Shown in pieces: positions 38,333 to 48,487 of a stretch of DNA of 64,000 nucleotides; positions within the stretch are counted from its first letter, which is position 1; each line of letters starts with the position of its first letter. A model generated the notes under the pieces. The model did not search any database and was not told the DNA's origin. It saw only the letters and a program-made list of their open reading frames with translations. The position numbers and the translations under genes were made by a program. This DNA is from Candidatus Poribacteria bacterium. Lineage in GTDB: Bacteria > Poribacteria > WGA-4E > WGA-3G. Where the stretch lies: assembly GCA_963665235.2 (NCBI GenBank), contig CAXXLX010000001.1:2816001-2880000 (forward strand), read 5' to 3'.

Positions 38333-38905
38333 TTACTGCTTTTCCTTTTGTGCTGCCGGCGGCACCCCGAAGTGCTCTCTCAACTTCAGTGTGATAACCC
38401 GTCTCCGATACTTCACCTTGCCCTGAGAAATGCCGAGCTGTTCACTTGTTTCTGCAATAGTCGCACCTTGCCACCATAACACAGCAATATCTTTGTAAAT
38501 AGGCTCCATCTCATCAATCATCTCCAATACTTCGTTACGGCGCACATCCTTTAACACCTCACGTTCCAAGGCAGCAGCGCGGTACTCTTCAGCAATTGTG
38601 ATTATTTCATGGTGTTTTCCTTCCTTGCGCCAGTAATCTGCACATTTGCTGCGTGCCACCCGCTTGAGCCATTTATCAATGGCATCGATGCCTGTGGGAT
38701 TGTTGTGGAGCCGTTTGACAATAGCGAGACAGGTTTCCCCAAATACATCCTCAGCTACGTGTGTATCGCCAACTCTCTTTATGATAATTTTCCGGAGTAG
38801 CAGTTCATACCTGAGAATGAGTTCGCCAATAGCCTCGGAATCGCCGCTTTGAATACGTTCCATCAAGATCGTATCAGAGAGGGATATGAGATTTTTCTCG
38901 TTCAT
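38333..38905 (-). CDS. ECF-type RNA polymerase sigma-70 factor
   Basis: AEDVFGET, WLKRVARSKCADYWRK, region 4 TIAETSEQLGISQGKVKYR; start at MNEKN. Confidence 0.85.
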   Translation of the reverse strand: MNEKNLISLSDTILMERIQSGDSEAIGELILRYELLLRKIIIKRVGDTHVAEDVFGETCLAIVKRLHNNPTGIDAIDKWLKRVARSKCADYWRKEGKHHEIITIAEEYRAAALEREVLKDVRRNEVLEMIDEMEPIYKDIAVLWWQGATIAETSEQLGISQGKVKYRRRVITLKLREHFGVPPAAQKEKQ

Positions 38906-39164
38906 TATAGTCGAGCCTACAATTATTTGCACACGCCGTGGGGGACCCAACCCCTACTAACGGGTCGTGTCGAATCTCTATCACGGTGTGCTCATACATC
39001 TGCGGAATTTACTATAACTATATTCTATCTAACTAATTATCATGACGTAAAAAAAGGCAGTTTTGATTGCTCACGATAAAAAAACGCCATTTTTTTTGTA
39101 AAAAGTGTTTTTTTTTACGCCATAAGTCGTTTTGGACTTGGAAATTTCCATTTTTTCAGATTTC

Positions 39165-40108
39165 TCACGGCGGACTTTCGGTGAGCACCTTCCAAAAGAT
39201 GTTCGTTTCTCGAGCGTTGTCCTTGTAGCACGCCTCTGCGAGGGACAAGGGCGTATATCTCGTTGAGTAATGATGGTGCTGCCCATACCACACACGCTTG
39301 ACCAAAGACCAAAAGCCTTCAATCGTATTGGTATGAATCTCACCGGGTTCCCACGTTTCGCTCCGATTGAGCGTCTCCTGTTTCATTTCTTTACCAATCT
39401 TATTATACCCACTACACTGATCGGTAATGAGCTTGGAATCTTCAGTTTTGACGAAACTTCTTGATAAAATCAAAAATCGTCTGTCCGGTAACATCAGGCA
39501 CAAGTTCTGCGACGACTTGTCCATCGCGCTGGACTGCCCCTAAGACCGCATCTTTTGCGGTGCCACGCCCACGCTTACGGGGTTCACCCTCCGCCCGGTC
39601 AGAGTCTTTGCGGTGTTTCCCCCCGATATAAGTCTCATCTGCTTGGACAACGCCTTGTCCAAGGACGTTTTCCTTGGCCATCTCGGCACGTATCTTCGTC
39701 ATCATAGACCAAGCCGCCTTCTGTTTAAGCCCCAAATCGCGGGCAAATTGATGACTCGGTAGACTTTTCTTCGCATTCGCCATCAGCGAGATTGCTATAA
39801 ACCACTTCTGTAGCAGGATTTTTGTGCCTTGAAATATAGTGCCCTGTGTTACCTTGAACGTTGATTGGCAGTCAGGAATCTCCGCAGGGCTTGGTGTCCA
39901 TATATCAGTAGGGTGTTACCTTGAACGTTGATTGGCAGTCAGGGCAGTTCCAGCAGCCTATACGCCCAAGTGCCATCTCGTTACGCCTTCTGACCCGTAG
40001 GTTCTCACAATGCAGACATTCAGGGGAACCCGCCCATCTCAGACGCTCCAAATACGCTGGACAATCTGCTTGTGTCGGAAACGTCTCCATCACTTTCACT
40101 AAATCCAT
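39165..40108 (-). pseudogene. IS1595 (ISXO2-like DDE) transposase in three fragments
   Basis: Zn ribbon CLHC/CPDC, QADETYIGG, ITD, HTNTIEGFWS; broken by a 67-bp insertion and a 1-nt frameshift near 39455. Confidence 0.9.
39846..39943 (+). repeat. 31-bp direct repeat flanking a 36-bp insert inside the transposase
   Basis: gtgttaccttgaacgttgattggcagtcagg at 39846-39876 and 39913-39943. Confidence 0.9.
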
Positions 40109-40368
40109 CAGAAAATGCTCCTATTTTACTTTTTTAGGAGTTGCTTTTTCCCAATGAATTCTGATACAATAAGTAGATAAGTGTGAATCTGAAAAAAGCA
40201 ACTCGCTTTTTTAGGTTCAAATAGGGGTGTCTGCCCCCTATTTACTTTACCTGATATTATATCAGTCTTGGGCACTTTGGACAAGCTAAAAACCTAATAA
40301 ACACAAGCGTTTAAGGCGATTTAACAAATTTGCTCAAGTCCAAAACGACTTATTCCGATTATTTTTTC

Positions 40369-40397
40369 TTGACTTTTTGGCAATATAAAGGTATACT
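40369..40397 (+). promoter_or_regulatory. sigma70 promoter of the YCF48-like gene
   Basis: TTGACT-17-TATACT. Confidence 0.6.
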
Positions 40398-40484
40398 GAT
40401 AATTGTGGTACGTTAACAGATTTTATGATGGGAACGGTTACAAAGAATAGGACATTGAGAGGAAGTAATTGGAGGTAAAAAACA

Positions 40485-43400
40485 TTGAAAAAATTCCAAG
40501 GTTATCTCATTTTCTATGTTATTACGTTTCTACTCGGGACGATGCTGCTCTTGAACGGTTGTGTCAAGATGGAAGCAACCCGCAAGGCAGCGTGGGAGAC
40601 GCATTTTACCGACCTGCACTTTGTGAATGCAAAGGAGGGATGGATTGTCGGATTTAAAGGCTTAATTATCCATACAGCAGATGGCGGAAAAACATGGCAA
40701 AAACAGGAGGTCAATACGACCCATAATTTCAACGCTGTCTATTTTCCGAACAATCGCTACGGATGGGCAGTCGGCGACGATGGGTTAATCGCTACAACCG
40801 ATGATGGCGGAAGACATTGGACACTCCAACAAAGCAACACATTCGGCATGTTTCGCGATGTCTTTTTTGAAGATGCCAAAAAAGGCTGGATTGTCGGTGA
40901 AGACTCCGATCTCTTTTACACACAAAACGGTGGAAAACAGTGGAAACGTTACGAGGCTGTTAGTGAATTCCCAATCAACGGAGTTTGGTTCGTTAGTGAT
41001 TCAAAAGGATGGATTGTTGGCGAATACGACAGAATCCTCCGAACAGACACAGGCGGAGAATCGTGGAAAGAACAGAGTAACCGCTTTGAAGGCGAACGCG
41101 ACCGGATGATTAACGATAATAAAAAGGTCTTTTTTGTCAGCGAAGATGAGGGATGGCTTGTCGGTAGTGACGGGTCCATTTTTCATACTACAACAGGCGG
41201 CGTAAATTGGGAACGGCAGGACAGCCGCATCCCCCTCATCAACGGACACGTCCGAGAAACCATCAACGGCATACACTTTACAAATAAGAACTACGGTGTC
41301 GCTGTCGCTGATATTGGGTTTATCACCCGAACCGAAGATAGTGGAGACAACTGGCAACTCATGGAAAGCGGGACCAAAAACAATCTCACAAGCGTTCAGT
41401 TCACTGGACCTAAGGAGGCATGGGCAGTCGGATGGAATGGCACTATTCTACACACAACCGATGCAGGCGTAACCTGGGAATTAACGAGCGGCACCGCAGC
41501 GAATGACCTTCAGAGCATGCAATTTACCGATGCGAATAGAGCAATCGCCGTTGGAAGACGCGGAGCCATGGCGATGAGCAACGACGGCGGCAGAACATGG
41601 AACGAAGTGGGTACAGATGTCTGGGATGGCATCTATAGCATCTATTTCGCTACCGACCGCCACGGATGGGCTGTCGGCGAACGGGGCAGCATCTTACACA
41701 CGAACGATGGCGGTAAAAACTGGGAACGGCAAAACAGCGGACAGGGACTTACCCTCCGAGCTGTTCACTTTGCAAGTGCCAAAAAGGGATGGACCGTTGG
41801 CGACCTCGGCACTATTCTACATACCGCTAACAGCGGCGAACATTGGGTACGACAAGCCCCCGGTGGAGAGGCACGTATGCTCATGCTAAAAGGAATATTT
41901 TTCCTCGATGAAAAAAGGGGATGGACTGTCGGATGGCCAGGCGTATGCCTCAGCACACAGGATGGCGGACTTACATGGCAGCCGCAAACTACACAAACCT
42001 TCAATGAACTTTATGCCGTTTACTTCGCTGATGAAAACACCGGGTGGATTGTCGGGCAGTTTGGCGAAATTTTGCATACCAAAAATGGCGGGAAAAATTG
42101 GAACTTTCAACATAGCCGCACCCAAGAAAATCTGAACAAAATCTATTTTGCCGATACACAACACGGCTTAATCGTCGGTGATAACGGTGTCATGCTTACA
42201 ACGGTGAATGGCGGCACTAATTGGACACTTCAAAAAAGCGGAACCGATAACGACCTCCGCGGACTTGCCCTCTCGCCTGAAGGAGTCGTGGCGGTTGGCA
42301 AAGGCGGAATTGCGATGCGATACTCGGTTGATGATGTAGTGCTGCCCGCTAAGTTGCCCCCCGCTGCCCCTGAGGAAACGGAAACCGTTGTAGTCGAGGA
42401 GGAAACACCTGTCGAAACCGTTGCCTACCATTGGGATATTATCCGTCAGGCAACGTGGCGCACAAACTTTTCAGATATCCATTTCGTGGATGCACAAAAC
42501 GGATGGGCGGTCGGTTCAGACGGGGTAATTGCACGGACAAAAGATGGTGGACAAACCTGGATTCCGCAACACAGCGGTGTTAAGGAGAGCTTACAACGCG
42601 TAGAATTTCAGGACGAAAAGCATGGGAGAATTCTCGGACGCGGCCTATTGCTTTATACCGACGACGCAGGGGAAACCTGGCAGCAGCTCGTCCAAACACG
42701 TCGCCAAAACCTCCCACGTATTAGCACGATGCAGTTCTTAAATGCACAAGAGGGATGGCTCGGCGCAGAAATTGGGCAAATTTTGCGGACAACCGATGGC
42801 GGTAAAACATGGAAAATCCAGAAAACCGGTACCACTGATAAATTAATTACTGACCTACACTTTATTAACAGTCAAGAAGGATGGGCGGTTGCACCGCAAC
42901 GCCGAGATGGCGGGTTTATCCTCCATACCGTTAATGGCGGTGAGTATTGGAAAATTCAGGCGAAAACCAATCAGCCCGGTATTGCTGTCCATTTTGCTGA
43001 CGAGACGCGCGGATGGGTTATACTTGCGAACGGAAACTCGCTCCTCACCGAAGACAATGGTGAAACATGGACCTTACGGACCCCTACCGAAAGGCCACAG
43101 AGGCTCCGGCGCATTACATTCCGTTCACATGCACATGCTTGGGGAGTTGGCGGAGGCGGTGCCTTCATTACCGAAGACCAGGGCGTAACGTGGAAGGCGG
43201 TCCCTGTGTCCGTTGGGGACGAGCAGCTCGCTATGCAACAACCCGAAGCGGAAACACCTACTGAACCGGCAGCGCCGGAGGATGCAACACCTGAAACAGA
43301 CGAAGACCCGGCTGAAGCGTTCCGAAATCGACTTCGCCAATTGAGACAACGCGCCGGACAACTCGCGCCAGAAGGCGAAATTCCTACAGACTCCAACCAG

Positions 43401-44483
43401 GTTCAACCTAACACCACACAGACGCAGGAGACTCCACCACCGCGGCAGCCACGGAGAAGACGTAGAGGCGGGGTTTCAATCGCTAACGTCTACTTCCTAA
43501 ATTCACAACAGGCTTGGGCAGCCGGTGGAGCAGGCAGCATCTATCACACCGAAGATGGCGGAAAAACATGGAAACGTCAACTCGGTGAACAGCAACGCAA
43601 TAACTTCCGAGAAGTCCTCTTTTATGATGATAACACCGGGTGGATAGCAGATGACAACGGCACTTTATTGGAAACCCAAGATGCCGGAAAGACGTGGAAA
43701 CAACTCCGCCAAGCACGGCAACGACTCATCGGTATCCACTTTGCAAGTCTCGACCCCAAATGGGGATGGACAATGCAACGCAACGGGACACTGCTTTATA
43801 CCACCGATGGAAATACTTGGACATCTGGGGATACGCCCGAACGGCCTCCGCTCTTTGAAGATGACCCGCCTGAAACATTTATGCTAAACGATGTTGCCTT
43901 CGGAAAATTCTCCGAAGGATGGGCAGTCGGCAGATACGGGGACATCATCCACAACAAAGATGGCGGGCCAGTCTGGAAATTACAGCGAACCACCGTCAAC
44001 GACTCACTTACGAGTGTCGATATGAAATTCGCACCCCTCGGGTGGGCAGTTGGTGAAGGCGGGGTCACACAACGCACTATCAATAGCGGCGATTATTGGA
44101 GACTCCACCCAACCGGCATCTGGTCAGCTCTCAACGATGTCTCCTTTATCTCTAAACGCAAAGGGTGGGCAGCAGGTGAATCCGGTATTGTGATAAAAAC
44201 AATTGATGGCGGTTTTACATGGAAACCGGTGTCAACCGGTGTCACCGCAACGCTCTATGCAATCGTGGCACTCTCCGAAAAGGAAATCTATGCAGTTGGG
44301 GAACAGGGGCTAATTTTACATTCAGCCGATGGTGGCGAAACATGGCAACAGGAACACACCGATATCGATAATGACCTCTATGTTATTACACGTGCCAAGA
44401 ATGGTAAAACACTTTGGGTTGTCGGGCAGTGGGGAGTTGTTCTTCGCCGAAAATTGGAAAGTCCAGCAGAGGTCTCAATGTGA
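40485..44483 (+). CDS. Large YCF48/BNR (Asp-box) repeat beta-propeller lipoprotein
   Basis: Lipobox LNGC; more than 20 GW.VG..G.I.HT.DGG.TW repeats. Confidence 0.88.
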   Translation: MKKFQGYLIFYVITFLLGTMLLLNGCVKMEATRKAAWETHFTDLHFVNAKEGWIVGFKGLIIHTADGGKTWQKQEVNTTHNFNAVYFPNNRYGWAVGDDGLIATTDDGGRHWTLQQSNTFGMFRDVFFEDAKKGWIVGEDSDLFYTQNGGKQWKRYEAVSEFPINGVWFVSDSKGWIVGEYDRILRTDTGGESWKEQSNRFEGERDRMINDNKKVFFVSEDEGWLVGSDGSIFHTTTGGVNWERQDSRIPLINGHVRETINGIHFTNKNYGVAVADIGFITRTEDSGDNWQLMESGTKNNLTSVQFTGPKEAWAVGWNGTILHTTDAGVTWELTSGTAANDLQSMQFTDANRAIAVGRRGAMAMSNDGGRTWNEVGTDVWDGIYSIYFATDRHGWAVGERGSILHTNDGGKNWERQNSGQGLTLRAVHFASAKKGWTVGDLGTILHTANSGEHWVRQAPGGEARMLMLKGIFFLDEKRGWTVGWPGVCLSTQDGGLTWQPQTTQTFNELYAVYFADENTGWIVGQFGEILHTKNGGKNWNFQHSRTQENLNKIYFADTQHGLIVGDNGVMLTTVNGGTNWTLQKSGTDNDLRGLALSPEGVVAVGKGGIAMRYSVDDVVLPAKLPPAAPEETETVVVEEETPVETVAYHWDIIRQATWRTNFSDIHFVDAQNGWAVGSDGVIARTKDGGQTWIPQHSGVKESLQRVEFQDEKHGRILGRGLLLYTDDAGETWQQLVQTRRQNLPRISTMQFLNAQEGWLGAEIGQILRTTDGGKTWKIQKTGTTDKLITDLHFINSQEGWAVAPQRRDGGFILHTVNGGEYWKIQAKTNQPGIAVHFADETRGWVILANGNSLLTEDNGETWTLRTPTERPQRLRRITFRSHAHAWGVGGGGAFITEDQGVTWKAVPVSVGDEQLAMQQPEAETPTEPAAPEDATPETDEDPAEAFRNRLRQLRQRAGQLAPEGEIPTDSNQVQPNTTQTQETPPPRQPRRRRRGGVSIANVYFLNSQQAWAAGGAGSIYHTEDGGKTWKRQLGEQQRNNFREVLFYDDNTGWIADDNGTLLETQDAGKTWKQLRQARQRLIGIHFASLDPKWGWTMQRNGTLLYTTDGNTWTSGDTPERPPLFEDDPPETFMLNDVAFGKFSEGWAVGRYGDIIHNKDGGPVWKLQRTTVNDSLTSVDMKFAPLGWAVGEGGVTQRTINSGDYWRLHPTGIWSALNDVSFISKRKGWAAGESGIVIKTIDGGFTWKPVSTGVTATLYAIVALSEKEIYAVGEQGLILHSADGGETWQQEHTDIDNDLYVITRAKNGKTLWVVGQWGVVLRRKLESPAEVSM

Positions 44484-45584
44484 TATGTTCGGAGCAAACG
44501 GGGCTAGAGACAACGAGGGTGCTCCAGTCGTCAGCAGCTCGGCAATCAGTTGACCTGTAATCGGTGCAAGGAGAATGCCGTTTTTGAAATGTCCGGATGC
44601 CAGGACCACATTATCATAGCCAGGCAAATGTCCTATACACAGCCCTTTTTTGTAATAAGGGCGTAAACCTGCCCAGGTTTGCACAAATGTGCTTTCTGCA
44701 AGGGGCGGCGCGATAGCAATCGCTGCATCTAGCAGCTGCTTAACCCCGGCGGCTGAGGCTGTTTTGTCGTAGCCGACAAATTCCACTGTCGCACCGAGCA
44801 AAATTTTGCCATCTGCACGCGGGACGATGTAAATACCGAGCCCATCAACCGTTCGCTGGAAGAGGGGCAGCAACGTTTCAAGGAGCACTATCTGTCCTTT
44901 CGCAGGCACAATTGATATCGGAGAACCGAGCAAATTAGTGAGAGTGCCTGTCCAACACCCGGCAGCGATGACGAACGTATTTGCAGATACGGTTTCACCG
45001 TTGACAACCGCGCCCACGACACGCCCGTTCTTTCGGGTGAATTCGGTGACAGGGTTGCCTAATTTGAATCTTGTGCCGAATTTTGCGGCACCCTTTGCAA
45101 GTGCCGTAACCATTTTCGGGTTGCGTACCTGTGCATCTTCTGGGAATAGGACTGCCCCGGCAATCGTTTCGGAGATAGCGGGTTCCAATTGCCGTGCCTG
45201 TTCAGCGGATAAAACTTCGGCTGAAAAACCTCGGTTAACTCTTCGTTCCGCTAAACCGATTAGACTGGCGGCTTCTGCCTCTTTAAAAAAGATAGAGAGC
45301 GTTCCTGAACGGATAAATTCAATATCTATGTCGGTTTCAGTTTTCAGTTCCGCAGCGAGGGTGGGGTACATAGCGAGACTTGCCCGGCATAACGTCGGAT
45401 ACGGTTCATGCGTAGTGGCGTGTGATGTTAAAATCCCTGCCCCTGCCCAGGAAGCCTCTGTCCCGACGCGGGGTGCTTTCTCGATTAAGATGACATTCAC
45501 ATGCTGTTTTGCAAGCGCGTATGCAATTGCACAGCCGATAATACCCCCGCCAATAATTGCAACATCTGCCCGATTTTCGCTCAA
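44475..45584 (-). CDS. thiO: Glycine oxidase (D-amino acid oxidase family)
   Basis: GGGIIG, ASWAGAGIL, KGQ, WAGLRP, GHFKNGILLAP. Confidence 0.88.
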   Translation of the reverse strand: MSENRADVAIIGGGIIGCAIAYALAKQHVNVILIEKAPRVGTEASWAGAGILTSHATTHEPYPTLCRASLAMYPTLAAELKTETDIDIEFIRSGTLSIFFKEAEAASLIGLAERRVNRGFSAEVLSAEQARQLEPAISETIAGAVLFPEDAQVRNPKMVTALAKGAAKFGTRFKLGNPVTEFTRKNGRVVGAVVNGETVSANTFVIAAGCWTGTLTNLLGSPISIVPAKGQIVLLETLLPLFQRTVDGLGIYIVPRADGKILLGATVEFVGYDKTASAAGVKQLLDAAIAIAPPLAESTFVQTWAGLRPYYKKGLCIGHLPGYDNVVLASGHFKNGILLAPITGQLIAELLTTGAPSLSLAPFAPNISH

Positions 45585-45656
45585 TCTTTTTCCTCATAGT
45601 AGGATTACGTTACAGGCGTAAATTTGCTTACGACTTTGGTTGTCGTTTTACTGCAC

Positions 45657-46208
45657 TTAAGTGTTGATATTCAACAAGACGTTCCTGAAGTCTTCAAGGC
45701 TGTCGGCTTTTGCAGCAGCAACATTCAACTGATTCAGGTGTTCTAACTCACTAATCGCCTCTATAAGCGGTTTCAACGTCTCCACTGCATCAGTCTGAAA
45801 TCGAGCCGTTAGGAATGTGAGTATTGCTTCGCGCGCCTGTAGTTTTTGCCCTCGTTCGATGCCTTGTTGTATCCATTTTTTGCTTAGGTCTTGTATAACA
45901 GAAGATTCTTGCACGGTTCCCTCCACTACTGCGTTCCAAATCGTTTTGGAACCATAGATTAAACCACCTAAAATCGCAAAATCCGCTAATGTCTCTATTT
46001 TCTGCGATTCATCAACTGAATTCGTTTCAGTTTCAATGACTTCACAGGTATCCGCCTCTATGCCGAGGAATGTTGTGACAAACCCCATCGGGTCTTTGCG
46101 GACACTTCGTCCCGTAACGTTATCAAACGGTTTGGGCAAGATGAGTTTGCTATCGAGGGTTACTATTTTCTGCCCGTTTGAGGGCGGTGCGTTACGATTT
46201 TGTGCCAC
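45657..46208 (-). CDS. Rpn/YhgA-like protein lacking the central PD-(D/E)xK nuclease region
   Basis: C-terminal WIQQGIERG...ARF...LEHLNQL..AAKADSLEDF; GTG start after GAGGAG; the ORF-track TTG lies in the -35 box. Confidence 0.55.
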   Translation of the reverse strand: MAQNRNAPPSNGQKIVTLDSKLILPKPFDNVTGRSVRKDPMGFVTTFLGIEADTCEVIETETNSVDESQKIETLADFAILGGLIYGSKTIWNAVVEGTVQESSVIQDLSKKWIQQGIERGQKLQAREAILTFLTARFQTDAVETLKPLIEAISELEHLNQLNVAAAKADSLEDFRNVLLNINT

Positions 46209-46250
46209 AGTGAATCTCCTCGGTGTTGTAAAGTTTCTATCTCGAAATGT

Positions 46251-46280
46251 ATTATATCGTATCTCTCCGGTAATTGTCAA
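46251..46280 (-). promoter_or_regulatory. Consensus sigma70 promoter of the Rpn-like gene
   Basis: TTGACA-18-TATAAT. Confidence 0.7.
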
Positions 46281-46413
46281 GTTTTAAATTTGGGGATTTA
46301 GGGTCCCGCATTTTTAGACTTGACTTTAACCTGAAAATAGTTTAACATGACGTAACAGTAATTGTCAATTTTTACGATGTATAGCTTAAAAACAGAAAGT
46401 AAAGGTTTTTTGA

Positions 46414-46701
46414 ATGATACTTGGAAAAGTTACAGGAACGGTCGTCGCAACGCAGAAAGATGAGAAACTTGTCGGTAGCAAGTTGATGATTGTTCAAGAT
46501 GTCAATTTAGATGGCGAATTAGAGCGGACGTACACAGTCGCCGTGGATGCGGTTGGAGCGGGCATTGGTGAAATTGTGTTAGTGGCAACCGGCAGCTCCG
46601 CGCGGCAGACGAGTGTAACCAGCAATAAACCGGTGGATGCGGTTGTGATGGCGATTGTGGATACCGTTGAAGTCTGCGGCGAAATTCGTTACCATAAATA
46701 G
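46414..46701 (+). CDS. eutN: Bacterial microcompartment vertex (pentamer) protein, EutN/CcmL family
   Basis: MILGKVTGTVVATQK, VAVDAVGAGIGE, GSSAR, PVDAVVMAIVD. Confidence 0.95.
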   Translation: MILGKVTGTVVATQKDEKLVGSKLMIVQDVNLDGELERTYTVAVDAVGAGIGEIVLVATGSSARQTSVTSNKPVDAVVMAIVDTVEVCGEIRYHK

Positions 46702-46716
46702 AGAGACCCGGCTGAT

Positions 46717-48465
46717 ATGGAACAGACGCAAACGTTCCAGCAAGAAGCAGACGCTGATGAACTGCCCTTAAAACTGGAGTTAATCAAGCAAATTAGGTGG
46801 CTGGTACGCCTCCGTTGGATTGCAATTGCTGGTGTTTTTTTCACCGTGACGATTGCAAATGTCGCGCGCGACATGATACCACACCCTTTACCGCTGTATC
46901 TCATCGCGGGTTTGATGGTGCTTTATAACTTTGAGCCCCACATGTATCGCAAAGCCCCCGCGCAGCAGCGGTTTATATCTATCAAACGGCAAGCGTGCGT
47001 CCATATTATTCTTGATTTACTGTCGTTGATTGCACTTATCCACTTCAGCGGGGGGGTTGAGAATCCGTTTATCTTCTATTTCATTTTTCATCTCATTATC
47101 GCGAGTATCATCTTATCGAAACGGGTCAGTTATGTGTTGGCAACACTGAATACGGTGCTATTGAGTTCGCTCATTTTCTTGGAGTATTATGAGATTCTAC
47201 CGCACTATCATCTCAATAATTTTCTACCAGAGGCACTCTGGCGCGACCCAATCTATATTTTAGGGGTCTTATTTGTATTTACAAGCACCCTTTTCTTTTC
47301 TGTTTATCTCGCTACGACTATCACACAGACAGCGCGGGAGCGGGAAGCAGAGACACGCGAACTCAAGGAGCACTTGGAGGAGAAGGTTATTGAACTCGTT
47401 GAAACCCGAAAAGAGGTTGTGTTCGAACGGAACAAACTCAAATCAATTATTGAATGTATGCAGGAGGGCGTTGTCTTTGTCGATTCTACCAAACAGGCGA
47501 CTCTCTTCAACAAAGCGGCACAACGGATTCAGGAGGAACACATCGGTTTAGATATAGCGGCTGACATGCAATTTGGCAGTGCCGAAACACTTGCCCAAAT
47601 CTCTCGCGAATTCGCTGATGGGGTAGATGCCATTGAGAGAAAAAACCTACAGGTACAGGACAAATACTTTGAAAATAGCTACGCCGCTGTCCGCGATGAT
47701 GAGGACAACTACCTCGGGACAGTTCTTGTGTCACGCGATGTGACCGATAGAAAACGGATGGAGCAGCAGCTTATCTTTTCAGAGAAAATGGCGGCGATTG
47801 GCGAACTAGCCGCTGGAGTCGCCCATGAAATTAACAATCCGCTTGACGGTTTATTGAACTGTATCCTTCGCATACAGCGCAACCCGAATAACATCGCACA
47901 GATGCAAGAATACCTCGGATTAATGGAAGAAGCTATCCGGCGCATTGAAACGACAATCGGAAAATTACTTGACTTCTCGCGACCGCATGAACTTACGCTC
48001 ACCGATATTAATCTAAATGAGGTTGTCAGTGAAACCGTGGGGCTACTCGAATATGGCGCGTCCGAAAAAGGAATTCAGATTAAGAAGGATTTTCAAGAAC
48101 AGATAGTCCCGTTACACGGCGATAAACACCTATTGGAGCAGGTTATCCTCAATCTCGCTTTGAATGCTATTACAGCGATGCCATCGGGCGGCATCCTCCG
48201 ATTCCAAACAGGCGACATCGCCTTGGACGCTTTGCTCGGAAAACCTGCACTCTATCTTAAAGTCATTGATACAGGTATCGGCATGCCGAAAACTGTTCAA
48301 GATCGAATTTTCGACCCGTTTTACACAACACAAATAACCGAAAAGGGAACTGGACTCGGCCTCTCAGTGTCCGATAGAATTGTGCGCCAGCATCAGGGAG
48401 TCATTGAAGTAGAGAGCGTAGAGGGACAAGGTTCGACGTTTATTGTAAAATTACCCATCACATAA
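46717..48465 (+). CDS. Multi-TM PAS sensor histidine kinase (NtrB-like)
   Basis: AHEINNPL, NLALNA, DTGIG, FDPFYTT, GTGLGL. Confidence 0.93.
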   Translation: MEQTQTFQQEADADELPLKLELIKQIRWLVRLRWIAIAGVFFTVTIANVARDMIPHPLPLYLIAGLMVLYNFEPHMYRKAPAQQRFISIKRQACVHIILDLLSLIALIHFSGGVENPFIFYFIFHLIIASIILSKRVSYVLATLNTVLLSSLIFLEYYEILPHYHLNNFLPEALWRDPIYILGVLFVFTSTLFFSVYLATTITQTAREREAETRELKEHLEEKVIELVETRKEVVFERNKLKSIIECMQEGVVFVDSTKQATLFNKAAQRIQEEHIGLDIAADMQFGSAETLAQISREFADGVDAIERKNLQVQDKYFENSYAAVRDDEDNYLGTVLVSRDVTDRKRMEQQLIFSEKMAAIGELAAGVAHEINNPLDGLLNCILRIQRNPNNIAQMQEYLGLMEEAIRRIETTIGKLLDFSRPHELTLTDINLNEVVSETVGLLEYGASEKGIQIKKDFQEQIVPLHGDKHLLEQVILNLALNAITAMPSGGILRFQTGDIALDALLGKPALYLKVIDTGIGMPKTVQDRIFDPFYTTQITEKGTGLGLSVSDRIVRQHQGVIEVESVEGQGSTFIVKLPIT

Positions 48466-48487
48466 AAACAAACATAGGGGGTCTCAC

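Larger units (their letters stand above)
39122..40353 (-). mobile_element. IS1595-family insertion sequence with inactivated transposase
   Basis: 19-bp perfect TIRs ataagtcgttttggacttg (39122-39140) / caagtccaaaacgacttat (40335-40353). Confidence 0.9.

Noticed and set aside
39110-40365. Target-site duplication around the IS1595
   Set aside because: Flanks (ttttacgcc / tccgattat) show no matching direct repeat
40485-44483. Photosynthesis inferred from the YCF48-like protein and b6-type cytochrome
   Set aside because: Both families are widespread in non-phototrophs; no reaction-centre genes seen
44938-45621. 227-aa plus-strand ORF and the many other antisense/alternate-frame ORFs (e.g. 60039-60779, 51834-52331)
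   Set aside because: Shadows of well-supported genes or of coding repeats; no motifs or RBS
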